Assembly (NCBI GenBank): GCA_030704615.1
Contig: CM060731.1
Location: forward strand, 69,750,001 to 69,814,000
From: Takakia lepidozioides
Taxonomy: Eukaryota; Plantae; Bryophyta
Direction: 5' to 3'
Length of the DNA: 64,000 bases
The stretch's first letter is position 1. Each line of letters starts with the position of its first letter. Below are positions 12,672 through 25,412 of this stretch, in pieces. Made by a program: the position numbers and the translations under genes. The notes beneath the pieces are model-generated. The model was not told where the DNA came from. It saw only the letters and a program-made list of their open reading frames with translations, and made no database searches.

Positions 12672-12997
12672 ACATGACAGATTGGCCTGGTGTGCTACAT
12701 TTTGACATCAAAAAATTGGCAAAGACAGGCACAAACAGTGTGCGGCACTGTTTGGTGCTTCCCATTAGGTGTGTTTTGAACCAGGCAGACACTGCTGGTG
12801 TGGTTCATTTTGACATACAAAAAAACAAAGAAGGGGGGGCACAAACAGTGTGCATTGCCGCACACTGTTTCGTGCTTCCAATTGGGTGTGTTTTGAACAT
12901 GGCAGACTGGCCCTATCTGGCCTATTTTGACATCAAAAACAAGCAAAGTGGGGGGCACAAACCTTGTGCGTTGCCGCACACTGTTTTGTGCTTCCAT
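12672..12997. repeat. Tandem repeat, 3 units of ~110-118 bp, each with an internal hairpin
   Basis: Repeated cattttgacat..GCACAAACAGTGTG..CACACTGTTT(C/T)GTGCttcc..ggtgtgttttgaac. A degenerate fourth piece lies at ~13255-13300. Confidence 0.85.
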
Positions 12998-13000
12998 ATA

Positions 13001-13200
13001 CACTACAGGAAAAGGAGGGGGGGGGGGGGGGATTTGACGCCCGCACCGCCGCGCGTCGTAAAACCCCTTTTCAGGCAGGGAAAAATCAATTTTGCGACGC
13101 CCGACGGGCGTCGCAAGCCCGTCACCAAACAAACGCCGCAAATTTGCGACCAATGGGGGTCGCAAATATGGGAAACCGCGACGCCTTGACGTCGGAAAAA
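13001..13200 (+). mobile_element. Orphan CACTA terminus
   Basis: CACTACAGGAAAA at 13001 (En/Spm TIR is CACTACAAGAAAA), followed by GCGAC/GTCGC subterminal palindromes. No partner end seen. Confidence 0.75.
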
Positions 13201-13315
13201 AAAACAAAAACAAAAACAAAAACGAAAACCTACTCTGCAATGCACCAGGGCTGTATGCTGGTGAGGTACATTTTGAAATAAAAAAACAACAAGATGAGGG
13301 GCTGTCATGACAGAC

Positions 13316-14455
13316 TTATACTTTTCTTTGTGCTGCGTTGGATATCTCTCCAATCGCATGAGACCCTTTGCGCTTCGGACTGTTGTCTACGCCGAGCATG
13401 TTCTGGAGCATCTCCGCCATCCTCTTTTCCCCTGTCTGCTTCTTCATGAGACCACCATCAACATCCTCTTCGGCGTCCGTCTCTTCCTCGGATGCGGTCT
13501 CCTCCTCACTCGTTCTCGGGTGTATGGGCGGCTGTCGTTCCTCTCCAAAATCCTGCTCTTGCATCGCCAACATTTCCTCATTGCCCTCATCCTCCTCCTT
13601 TCCCTCTTCGTCTACTCTTTCCAACCTCATTCTATCTTTGGCTCTCTTCCTCTCCCTAGTGTTGGTAAGGTATAACGACTTCATTCTCTTCTTCCTCCGG
13701 TGGAAACAAACGCTCCCCACGCTGCCTCTAGAGCTCTCCAGTTTGACGTTTGCACCAACGGTTGCTTTGGCATGTATCCAAAATACAATTTGGACATTGT
13801 TAACCGTATTTGGATGCGAGTGTCATCATTATGTGCGAACGGAATTCATCCATTTCTCCGTCTTTCAATTACCCAGAAAACTAAGTGGTGGCACTTCAAT
13901 TGCCGTTCCGTCCATTTGTGTAATATGTCAGATTTACTTCGCCGGCTGCCAGTACACGACAAGCTTCTTGCATTCATGGAAATTGAGAAGCGCCGTAAAA
14001 ATTGATCGCGAGTCGAATTTTTTAGAGTACTTGCACATTGACAATAATTGTGATGTTTCACATATGCATCCACGTATGTTCTACTGCATATCCTGTGATT
14101 TGCATTTCGCCGTCGCCGGCGTAATGCAGTCATTTCGGCATAAAGCTTGATGTCGGCAATCGTAATGTGTTTGCCGCACCTTTCGTGCGAGTGTCCCCCT
14201 GAGTGTCAGTGTTTGTTTTGTGCTCTTCTAGCACAACACAAACAAATTTGACTCGGGGTATCCTGTTTATTGGACTCGTGGGGCCGTGGCCGTCTTTCCA
14301 TAATGGATGGCTTCATATGCTTGCACGGTTTGCTTTTCATCCAAACACTATACGGCGTCTTGTGGCTTCTTGTCTTTGAAGACAATTTTTCTAATTAGTG
14401 TCTCTCAGTGTGGCTGATTGCGGAGTTCGGTGCAGACTTTCGCCGTGCATGTCAT
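13316..14455 (-). pseudogene. Unknown degenerate cargo ORF with a charged/acidic C-terminus
   Basis: Consecutive minus-strand reading segments (13846..14133, 13316..13720) ending in an E/D/K/R-rich tail. Lies downstream of the TGACGT cluster at 14880-14960. Confidence 0.4.
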
Positions 14456-14877
14456 TATTACAAAAGATTGTAAACCCCAAAATCCTTTGCATACATCGCC
14501 CGCAGTCATTCGGACAGTGCTACCCTTATTCATTTCATTTTTCATTTCATTGGGGGGGATCCCCTCTCCAGAATCGGTCTACAGTTCGGGGGACCCATTG
14601 TGGATCGCAACATTGGGTCAGTGTAGAAAAACATGTCCAGGGAGGGAGACAGAATCGCTCGATTTCATTCCAATGCAGGTAGTCTTCCACTGATTGCCAC
14701 TGCAGATGACGATGGGTTTGTAGTTGTTAATGAGGATGAGCTTGTTATAGTGTTTTCTCTAGAATTGGGTTCTCTGCTTTTTCAAAAAGAGGTGTATGAC
14801 GAGGATGGCAATTTGGATTCTGGGCACTTGCAGAAACCATTGGTTGGTGAGTGTGGGATGAAGTGGATAGTCCTTCC

Positions 14878-14965
14878 AGGCCCGGTTATCAGCGTCACGT
14901 CCGTCAGTCATCGTCAGGTCACGTCAGATCTTACATACAGGACCTCCGTCACGTCAGGTTCCGAG
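14878..14965 (-). promoter_or_regulatory. TGACG/ACGT motif cluster (left, facing outward)
   Basis: Dense CGTCA/CACGTC motifs (bZIP as-1/C-box-like), mirrored by 25413-25476. Confidence 0.5.
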
Positions 14966-15119
14966 AATATTCTAGTAAAAAAAAATATCAGGTAAAATAT
15001 TGCCACTTAAGCAGCCACGTCGCCGACACGGTGGCGGTGACAAATACATTTTGGAAAATAATAAAATGAAATCAATCGTCAATTCTAGCAGTCACTTTAT
15101 ATTTCGGAATTTTAGAAAT

Positions 15120-16740
15120 AAGAGCGACCGCCAACATGGCGTTCGCTTAAAAAAAAAAATTATAAAAAAAAAACAAATTGGATTGGCGGTCGTCAAATTT
15201 TTTTTTTTAATAACAACCTACGTATTGGCGGTCGCCTAATTTGAAAATATATAAAAAAAAAAGCGACCGCCAGAATTGGCAGTCGCTTGTTTTCAATAAT
15301 ACATAAAAAGCAAGCGACCGCCATAATATGGCGGTCGCTTTATTTTACAAATATATTAAAAAAACCAGCGACCACCCACATGTGACGGTCGCTATATTTT
15401 TAAAAATATATTAAAACAACAGAGCTTTAATTCGCTTTAATTAAAAACAAAAACAAAACCAAACAGCGACTGCAATAATATGGCGGTCACTTTAGTTATT
15501 TTTTAAATTAAAAACAAAATTGGTAAAAATAATAATAATAAATATTAAAAATATTTTTAATTTCAGGAAAGGCAGCAACCGCCAGTAATATCGGTCGAAT
15601 TTATTTTTTATTTTTTTAAATAGGCGAACCGCATTAGTGGCGTTCACTTTTGTTTTTGTTTTTTAAAAATAGACCAACCGCCATTACTGGCGGTCGCTTG
15701 TATATTTTCAATTTCTGAAAATGCAGCGACCGCCAGTAATGATGATTGCTTTTATTTTTTATTTTTTCAAATAGAGCGACCGCCATTATTGGTGGTCATT
15801 TTTTTTTAAAAAATAGACCGACCGCCATTATTGGCTGTCGTTTGTATATTTTTAATTTTAGAAAATACGGCGACCGCCAGTAATGGCGGTCGCATTTTTT
15901 TTTCAAAATAAAAATAGATTGACCACCATTATTTGCGGTCGCTTTTGTTTTTATTTATTTTTAAGATGAGCGACGGCCATTACTGGCGGTCACTTGTATA
16001 TTTTTAATTACTGAAAATGCTGCGACCGCCAATTATGGTGGTCGTTTTTTTTTTCATTTTTTTAAATATAGCGACCGCCATTACTTGTGTGTCTTGTATA
16101 TTTTTAATTTCCGAAAATGTTGGGACTGCCAGTAATGGCGGTCGTTTTTATTGTTTAATTTTTTAATTAGAGCAACCGCCAGTAATTGCGGTCGCTTTTT
16201 TGTTGTTTTTTTTAAATGTAATGACTGCCATGGTGGCGGTCGCTTTTATATAAGGCGTGCCCTTACGCGTGGACCGAGGAATGAGAAGGGGGGGGGGGTG
16301 GAGATAAGCCAAGGGATGCTCATTCTCCCCTCACTTCCTCTCCACACAACTTATATGTGACCGCCATTATTAACGGTCGCTTTTGTTTTTTATTTATTTT
16401 TAAATAGAACAACGGCCATTACTGGCGGTCGCTTGTATATTTTTAATTTCTGAAAATGCTGCGACCGCCAGTTATGGCGGTCGTTTTAAAAAAAATAAAA
16501 AATAAATAGAGCGACCGCCATTACTGGTGGTCGCTTGTATATTTTTAATTTCTGAAAATGTTGCGACTGCCAGTATTGTCTGTCGCTTTTATTTTTTTTG
16601 TTTTTTTAATAGAGCGACGGTCGTTACTGACGGTCGCTTTTATTGTTTAATTTTTTAAATAGAGCGACCTCCAGTAATGTCGGTCGCTTTTTTGTTGTTT
16701 TTTTTTTAAGTAGCGACCGCCATGGTGGCGGTCGCTTCTA
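15120..16740. repeat. Array 1 of GCGACCGCC-N5-7-GGCGGTCGC palindromes, ~50-bp period, A/T-tract spacers
   Basis: About 29 copies counted by eye (e.g. 15314, 15870, 16461, 16713). Loops are often AGTAAT/ATTACT. Confidence 0.95.
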
Positions 16741-17188
16741 GAAGGTGTGCCTTACGGGTGGACCGAGGAATGAGAGGGGGGGGGAGGGGGGCAGATAAGC
16801 CAAGGGAGGCTCATTCTCCCTCACTTCCTCTCCACAAAACTTATGTGTGCGTGACATGTAACTATTCCACGACACGTAGTCACGTGGAAAAGGAGGCCAT
16901 TGGCTGGGGGGATTTTTTTGCCGTAATTTCCGTGAAGTCATTGCAGAATGCTCCTATAGCCCCTCCTCTAGCTTTCGGGAACATTTCATTTTACAAAATT
17001 AGCTTTTAATAACTATTATGACACTTATTCAAACCCGTTTCGTGTTAAGGGTTTATGGTCAATTGTAATTTTTTGATCGAGATCGCAGTTCCTTAATTCT
17101 TAGCCATTTCTACGTTTGCTTCAATAGTGTTTTAATTTTCCGTTACTTATTAGTAAACGTCGTTTAGGGTTGCTCCGATAGTCACAAA

Positions 17189-18000
17189 ATGGCAGAGGTC
17201 GGCCAGGACGATGAGCGTCATGGAAGAGATGACCCCTATAAACATGGACTGCCCCCTAAGAAAATCAAATGGTCAAGGCATGACTTGAATTGGGAAGTAT
17301 ATGATGACCCTAGCATACTAGCAGAAGAGGGATGAGAGGTTTTCCAGAAGAGTTCAGATGACTGAGCACGAGATGCAAAAAATTTGTGAAATTGTGTTAC
17401 ATCAATCAATTGTAGCCTAGACCTAGGCATGTGGTGCAAACCAGAAACAATTGCGCGGACTCCAGGTCTTGCATGAACTTGCATTTCCAGCATAAGGCGA
17501 CTGAGGTGCATTACACGTTGTGGGGTGAACCACTCTTAAAGGGCTAAATCTCGTACACCTTGGCAGCCATGTTGTACGTGGACGTGATATTGTTGCGTCC
17601 AGTGAATTGGCAAACTGCTAGTAGGAGGAACGTAACGATGCAATACCATTTCGTCGACATCCCGAACACGTTTGGAACACCCCCGGCTACGATACTGGGT
17701 GTGCGCGAGGCACCGGTACCTCGGGCTATGATACTAGAGGCACCGGTGCAACAAGTATCTGGAACGTTAGAGGATGAAATGGTGGAAACAAAACAGCGAG
17801 TCCGAACCCTGCAGGACCTTGTGGAATGACAGACTGCGCATAGCCGAGTTGGAGGGTACATTGCAAAACACGCCTCGAAACAATGAAGGCACTGTCCACA
17901 ATGACGTTCGAACGAACGACGTGGACATCTCCGCGGAGTTTACAATGTCAGATCGCAGTATTGACCGCATCATTGCCGGAATTACAGACGTCTTTGACCC
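17189..18000 (+). pseudogene. Unknown degenerate ORF with a coiled-coil C-terminus
   Basis: ATG at 17189 (MAEVGQDDERHG..). Frames 17560..17829 (LAAMLYVDVILLRPVNW..EDEMVETKQRVRTLQDLVE) and 17774..18097 (RLRIAELEGTLQ). Confidence 0.4.
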
Positions 18001-18629
18001 TCGTCACATCGTGAGATTCTGCAAGAAAGTCAACTTTCGCCACGAAGTAAGCGGATGCTGGTCAGAATTGATCACATGTCATTGGGCCCCTCATTGACCA
18101 CGAGATTGCGGTCCCAGGCTCTCCGTATTGGCAGTGCAAATCAGACCACAACATCATATCCATTGTCCCCGGACAGCGACGGCGATGATTCGAATGAGTA
18201 TCAACGTAATACATAGACAATGTGGATTTTTGTTGTACCTTGAATTTATGGAACACACTGATAGCACTCTGCCAATTTTGTATATGCACCAATTTTGTTA
18301 ATACACATGTGCGGCACCTACAAATTTCAATTGCATGAACAGCGTAACGCGTTTTCTTCCGATTTTGCACTCATGTGATTTGGAAGAAGTGGTTCACCCT
18401 CAACTTTATAATGGTGTAATATTTGGTCATGACGTGTATGTGGGTATCTGCAATGAACTCCGAAAGATGGGCAACAAGGAAAATGAATGTTAACCAATAA
18501 GTTATAACGAGTTACGAACGCTCGTCTTCCTGACAAATTTCGCCTAGTCTCGTATTTCATAATCATGTCGAAAATTCGATCTACGTATGAAGACCATACC
18601 CACAAAGTTAACGAAGTACAATATAATTT

Positions 18630-21600
18630 TGATTGATTTCATATTACTCTGGGACCTGTCAGATGGTACATTGGACATATTGGCCAAGTCTCGAAGGGAA
18701 CGAAATCATTTGGATAGGAAACCATCCGTTGTCCCATTGAACGAATTTCGTTTCGTCTCATATTACTTTGGGACTCTTAGATGGTACATTGAGCATACTG
18801 ACAAAGTCTGCAAGTGAACCAAAATCGTTCAGATGGACAACCATCCGTTCAGCCATCGAATGAATTTTGGATTGATCTAATATTAGTCCAGGACCTGTGA
18901 GAAGGTGTACCAAACGTACTAGCAGAGTTTGAAAATAAACAAAAATGATTTGGATGAGCAACCATCCGTTCAACCGTTGGATAAATTCCGTTTGATTTGA
19001 TATTACTCTGGGACCTGTTGGACGGTGTTTCAGGTGCACATGATTTTTTTTTCATTCTATTTCTTAGCCATATGTCTAATGATGGCATATGCAACGTGTG
19101 TGCCAAATTCCATAGCAAACAAAAGTCATTAGAACCCAAAACCACAGTTTCTTCCCTAATTCGCACTCCAAACTTGATTTGTCTTCTACTTCATGCACTC
19201 TTCATGTAGAGTTCTGCATTAATGAGCAAAGTGAACACTTTTTTAAAAAATCATTTTTGTTTGGTCCAAAGTTTTGTAGGGATGTAACGGTGGAAAGATA
19301 GAAGCCAGAGAACAAGATTGAGTAAAAAATAAAATCGTTACGTAGCAGAAAACCCCAATCAAAGACAATGTAAACCTATTTATTTGCTTGAAATTCATTT
19401 AAATTCAATTTAATTGAAAATTGGTGGAAGGGCGAGGGCGTGGTTGGGGAGGCAAATGTTTATTTCTTCTATTGGTTCTCCGCACATATGTTGCACACAT
19501 ATTCAAGCACATGCGGGCAAAAGATGGGCCTCCACATCATCCGTTCAATGGGTGCATTGGCCGTTCACCCATGACAGGATTTTTTTTTTCGCAATGAACA
19601 AATTGGATAACATATGAACGCCTCATTGGCCCATTGAATGAATTTCGATTGATTTCATATTATTCTGGGACCTGTCAGATGGTACATTGGACATACTAGC
19701 CAAGTCTCAAAGCGAACGAAAATCATTTGGATGGGCAACGATTTGTTGGCCCATTTGACGAATTTCGTTTCATCTTATATTACTGTAGGACCTTTTACAT
19801 GGTACATTGAGCACACTGGCAAAGTCTGAAAGCGAACCAAAATCGTTCGGATGGGCAACCATCCGTTCAGCCATCGAATGAATTTCGATTGATCTCATAT
19901 TAGTCCGGGACCTGTGAGAGGGTGTACCGAACGTATTGGCAAAGTTTAAAAGCAAACAAAAATGATTTGGATGGGCAACCATCCGTTCAACTGTTGGATG
20001 AATTCCGTTTGATGTGCTATTACTTTAGGACCTGTTGGACGACATTTCAGGTGCATATGATTTTTTTTTCATTCCATTTTTTAGCCATATATCTAATGAC
20101 GGCATATGCAACGTGCGTGCCAAATTTCATAACGAACAAAAGTCATTAAGACCCAAAACCACAATTTGTTCCCTAATTTGCACTCCAAATTTGATTTGTA
20201 TTCTACCTCATGCACTCTTCATAGAGAGTTCTGCAATAGCGAGCGAAGAGAACACTTTTAGAAATTTTCATTTTTGCTTGGTCCAAATTTTTGTAGGGAT
20301 GTAGCGGTGGGAGGGTTGAAGCCGAAGAACAAGATTGAGCAAAAAATAAAACCGTTACGTAGCAGAAAACCCCAATCAAAGACAATGTAAACCTATTTAT
20401 TTGCTTGAAATTCATTTAAACGTACTTTAATTGTAAATTGGTGGAAGGGCGAGGGCGTCGATGGGGAGACAAATGTTTGTTGTTTCTCTTGTTTCTCCGC
20501 AAATGTGTTGCACACATATTCAAGCACATGCGGGCAAAAGATGGGCCTCAACCTCATCCGTTCAATGGGTGTATTGGCGGTTCCCCCATGACAAGATTTT
20601 TTTTTCCACAATGAACAAAATTGGATGACATGTGTACGCCTCATTGGCCTATTGAACAAATTTAGATTGATTTCATATTACTCTGGGACCTGTCAGATGG
20701 TACATTGAACATATTGGCCAAGTCTCGAAGCGAACGAAAATCATTTGGATAGGCAACCATCTGTTGGTCCATTGGACGAATTTCGTTTCATCTCATATTA
20801 CTCTGGGAACTCTTAAATGGTACATTGAGCACACTGGCAAAGTCTGAAAGCGGACCAACATCGTTCGGATGGGCAACCATCTGTTCAGCCATCGAATGAA
20901 TTTCGATTGATCTCATATTAGTCCGGGACCTGTGAGAAGGTGAACTGAACGTACTGACAAAGTTTAAAAGCAAACAAAAATGATTTGGATGGGCAACCAT
21001 CCGTTCAACCGCTAGATGAATTTTCGTTTGATGTGCTATTACTCTGGGACATGTTGGACGGCGTTTCGGGTGCACATGATTTTTTTTTTATCCATTTTTT
21101 CAGCCATGTCTAATGACGGCATATGCTACGTGCGTGCCAAATTTCATAGCGAACAAACGTCATTAAGACCCCAAACCACAGTTTCTTCCCTAATTTGCAC
21201 TCAAAACTTGATTTAACTCTTACTTCATGCACTCTTCATAAAGAGTTCTGCAATTGTGAATGAAGAAAACACTTTTAGAAATTTTCATTTTTGTTTGGTC
21301 CAAACTTTTGTAGGGATGTAGCGGTGGGAGGGTTGAAGCCGGAGAACAAGATTGAGCAAAAAATAAAACCGTTACGTAGCAGAAAACCCCAATCAAAGAT
21401 AATGTAAATATTTTTATTTGCTTGAAATTCATTTAAACGTAATTTAATTGAAAATTGGTGGAAGGGCGAGTGCGTCGTTGGGGAGGCAAATGTTTGTTGT
21501 GTCTCTTGTTTCTCCGTACATGTGTTGCACACATATTCAAGCACATGCGGGCAAAAGATGGGCCTCAACCTCATCCATTCAATGGGTGTATTGGCCATTC

Positions 21601-23380
21601 ACCTATGACATGATTTGTTTTTCGCAATGAACAAAATTGGATGACATGTGAACGCCTCATTGGCCTATTGAACAAATTTAGATTGATTTCATATTACTCT
21701 GGGACATGTTAGATGGTACATTGAACATACTGGCCAAATCTCGAAGCGAACGAAAATCATTTGGATATGCAACCATCCGTTGGTCCATTGGACGAATTTC
21801 GTTTCATTTCATATTACTATGGGGCCTCTTAGATAGTACATTGAGCACAATGGCAAAGTCTGAAAGCGAACCAAAATCGTTCAGATGGGCAACCATCTGT
21901 TCAGTCATCGAATGAATTTCGATTGATCTCATATTAGTCCGGGACCTGTGAGAGGGTGTACCGAACGTACTGACAAAGTTTGAAAGCAAACAAAAATGAT
22001 TTGGATGGGCAACCATCCGTTCAACCGTTGGATGAATTTCGTTTGATGTGCTATTACTCTGGGACCTGTTGGACGGCGTTTCGGGTGCACATGATTTTTT
22101 TTTCATTCCGTTTTTTTAGCCAAATGTCTAATGACGGCATATGCAACGTGCGTGCCGAATTTCATAGCGAATAAAAGTCATTAGGACCCAAAACCACAGT
22201 TTCTTCCCTAATTTGCACTTGAAACTTGATTTGACTTCTACTTCATGCACTCTTCATGGAGAGTTCAACAATAGTGAGCGAAGAGAACATTTTTATAAAA
22301 AAATAAAAATTGTTTAATCCAAAGTTTTGCAGGGATGTAGCGATGGGAGGGTTGAAGCCAGAGAACAAAATTGAGCCAAAAATAAAATCATTACGTAGTA
22401 GGAAACCCCAATCAAAGACAGTGTAAACCTATTTATTTGCTTGAAATTTATTTAAACTCAATTTAATTGCAAATCGGTGGAAGGTCGAAGGCGTGGTTGG
22501 GGAAGCAAATGCTTGTTGTTTCTCTTGTTTCTCCGCACATGTGTTGCTCACATATTCAAGCATATGCGGGCAAAAGATGTACCTCAACCTCATCCGTTCA
22601 ATGGGTGCATTACCCGTTCACCCACGACAAGATTTCTTTATCGCAATGAACAAAATTGAATGACACGTAAACGCCTCATTGGCCCATTGAACGAATTTTG
22701 ATTGATCTCATATTACTCTGGGACCTGTCAGATGATACATTGGACATACTGGCCAAGTTTCGAAATGAACGAAAATAATTTGGATGGGCAACCATTTGTT
22801 CAGCCATCGAATGAATTTTGTTTCATCTCATATTAGTCTGGGACCTGATACATGGTATGTTAAACATAGTGGCAAAGTTTGAAAGCAAACAAAAATCATT
22901 TGGATGGTCAACCATTGGACCGCCATTCTTTTTCGCAATGAGCAAAACTTCATGGTAGGTGAACGTGCCGTTGGCCCATTGAATGAATTTCGTTTCATCT
23001 TATATTACTCAAGGACCTGTGAGACGGTATACTAAAGACGCTGCGGAAGTTTCGAAGCGAACCAAAATCATTTGGATGGGCATCCATCCATTGGCCCATC
23101 AAACAAATTTTGTTTCATCTCATATTACACTAGGACCCGTCTTATGGTATGTTGAACATACTGGCAAAATTTGAAAGCAAACCAAACTCATTTGGATGGA
23201 CAACCGTCCGTTGGGCCATTGAACGAGTTTCGGTTGATGTCATACTCGTACGAGACCTGTGAGACGGCGTACCGAACATACTGGACAAAGTTTGAAAGGA
23301 AACAAAAATCATTCAAATGACCAACCATCCGTTGTCCAATCGAATGAATTTCGTTTCATCTCGTATGACTCCTGAACCTG
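18630..23380. repeat. Higher-order tandem repeat: ~1017-bp units (4 full + partial), each containing ~120-bp subrepeats
   Basis: Unit start GATTGATTTCATATTACTCTGGGACCTGTCAGATGGTACA recurs at ~18632, 19647, 20666, 21681 and 22700. The subrepeat contains the hairpin GGATGG-GCAA-CCATCC. Confidence 0.95.
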
Positions 23381-23690
23381 TTGGGATAAGCCACACGGTG
23401 GCAATGGCAATTGGAGATCGAAGGGAGTGCCTTCGCACGCCAAAAAGAAAAATAGATGCGACGGCACATGGCAGGCAGAAGGCGACCTTTGATGGGGTGT
23501 ACTTTAATTGCGGGGAGATTAGGCACATGGCCAAAAAATGTCCGAAACCCCGACAGTTGAACATGACAACGGCGACCACGGAGATTTCCGAAGACTCCAT
23601 CAACCGCTTGGTGGAAGTGGTCGCCAAGACTTTGCAATGTAGATTACTACACGTGTGAGCTGTTCCAGGAGGCTGGAGCATCATGTAGCG
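23381..23690 (+). mobile_element. Ty3/gypsy gag C-terminal fragment with zinc knuckle
   Basis: WDKPHGGNGNWRSKGVPSHA..YFNCGEIRHMAKKCPKPRQLN. Homologous to 31599-31660 and 29949-30125. Confidence 0.85.
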
Positions 23691-23749
23691 GAAACCGCTT
23701 CATCTTCATAAGTAGCAAAATTTTCGGAACTATCGTGTCGTTGTCGTAT

Positions 23750-25290
23750 AAGCGGTCGCTTTATTTTTTTTTAAAAACAAAAAAGAACGATTGCTATTGG
23801 GCGGTCGCATCATCTTTTATAAATACCAAAAAAAGCGATCACCACATGGTGGTCGTTTCATTTAAAACAAATACCTAAAAGAACGACCGCCGTATTGGCG
23901 GTCGCTTCATTTAAAAAAAACAAAAAAAAAACAACCGCCATTAGATGGTCGCTTCACTTTTTAGAAAATCTGAACAGAGCGATCGCCGTAGTGGCGGTCG
24001 CTTCATTTAAAAAAAAAAAGAAAAAGATAGACAGCCAAAAGGCGGTCGCTTCATTTTTTTTAAATTTGTTTTAAAGAAATTGAAGAAAAAAGGTGAAGAA
24101 AAAGTGAAGAAGAGCGACCGCCGTATGGCAATCGCTTCAGTTTTTTTTCTTTAAAAACAAATTAATAATAATTTTAAATAAAATATTTAATTATTTTCTA
24201 AATAAATAAATAAAATAAAATAAAATAAATGAAGCTTAAATTTATTTTTAATTTTGCTTTTAAGGAGCGACCGCCGTAATGGCGGACGCTTCAGTTTTTT
24301 TAAAAATCGAAAAAGGGTGACTGCCATAGGGCGGTCACTTCATTTTTTTCTTTAAGAAAACTTCATTTTTAAAAATATTAAAATTTTATTTTAAAAAACA
24401 AACTTATAGGAGCGACCGCGTATTGGTGGTCGCTCCAGTTTTTTTAAAAGCGAAAAAGAGCGACCGCCATCGGGCGGTCGCTTCTTTTTTTATTTTTAAA
24501 ATTTAAGTATTTTTTAAAAAAAAAAAAAACCTTAAAGGTGCGACCGCCGTATTGGCGGTCGCTTCAGTTTTTTAAAAAGCGAAAAAGAGCGACCCCCATA
24601 TGGCGGTCGCTTCATTTTTAAAATAAATAAACGAAAATGAGCGACCACCGTAGTGGTGGTCGCTTCATTTAAAAGAAGAAAAAAGAGCGACTGCCATATT
24701 GGCGGTCGCTTCATTATTTTAAAAAACAAAAAAGAGTGACCGCCGTATTGGCGGTTGCTTCATATATCTAAAAAAAAAAAAAACAACTGCCGTAGTTGCA
24801 GTCGCTTCATTTAAATTTCTTAAGAAAAAGAGCCACTGCCGCTAAATGGCGGCCGCTAAATTTAAAAGAACAAAATGAGCGACCGCCATTTGGCGGTCGC
24901 TGCAGAAGCGACGGTTTGGCGGTCGCTTCATTTTGGAATAAAAATAAAAATATGCGATGGCCGGCGAATGGCGGTTGCTGTATTTTTTAAAATATTTTTT
25001 AAACTGCGAACGACTGCCAATCTGGGCGGACGCTTGATTTTTAAAACTAATAATTTTCAAGCGACCGCCAATATAGGCCGTCGCTTAATTTAAAATATAA
25101 TCAATTGCAAGCGACCGCCAATATGGGCGGTCGCTCCATTTAAAACTTCATAAATTGCCGGCAACCGCCAATATAGGCGGTGGCTTAATGTAATAAAATA
25201 TTAAATTACAAGCGACCGCCAATATGGGTGGTCGCTTGATTTAAAAAATAATAACTTTTAAGCGTCCGTATTTTTTGGCGGACGTATTTT
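23750..25290. repeat. Array 2 of GCGACCGCC-N4-7-GGCGGTCGC palindromes, ~50-bp period
   Basis: About 28 copies counted by eye (e.g. 23883, 24540, 24879, 25111), with A-tract spacers. Confidence 0.95.
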
Positions 25291-25412
25291 TGTAAATAAA
25301 TTAATAATTTTAAATAATTGGCCATGTCTGTGTTACACCGTGGCTGCCATGTCATTACAAATGATAGAAGTAAATCGTAAAAGTCAAATAAAAAAAAATT
25401 ACTTTGGTAAAC

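Noticed and set aside
13368-14150. 260-aa plus-strand Ser-rich ORF
   Set aside because: Antisense shadow of the Glu/Asp-rich minus-strand frame.
18758-23174. Recurrent short ORFs in the 1-kb repeat
   Set aside because: Frames are not conserved between units, so these are by-products of the repeat.
15120-25290. Palindrome arrays as CRISPR arrays
   Set aside because: The repeats are degenerate, the spacers are low-complexity A/T tracts, there are no cas genes, and the context is eukaryotic with introns.
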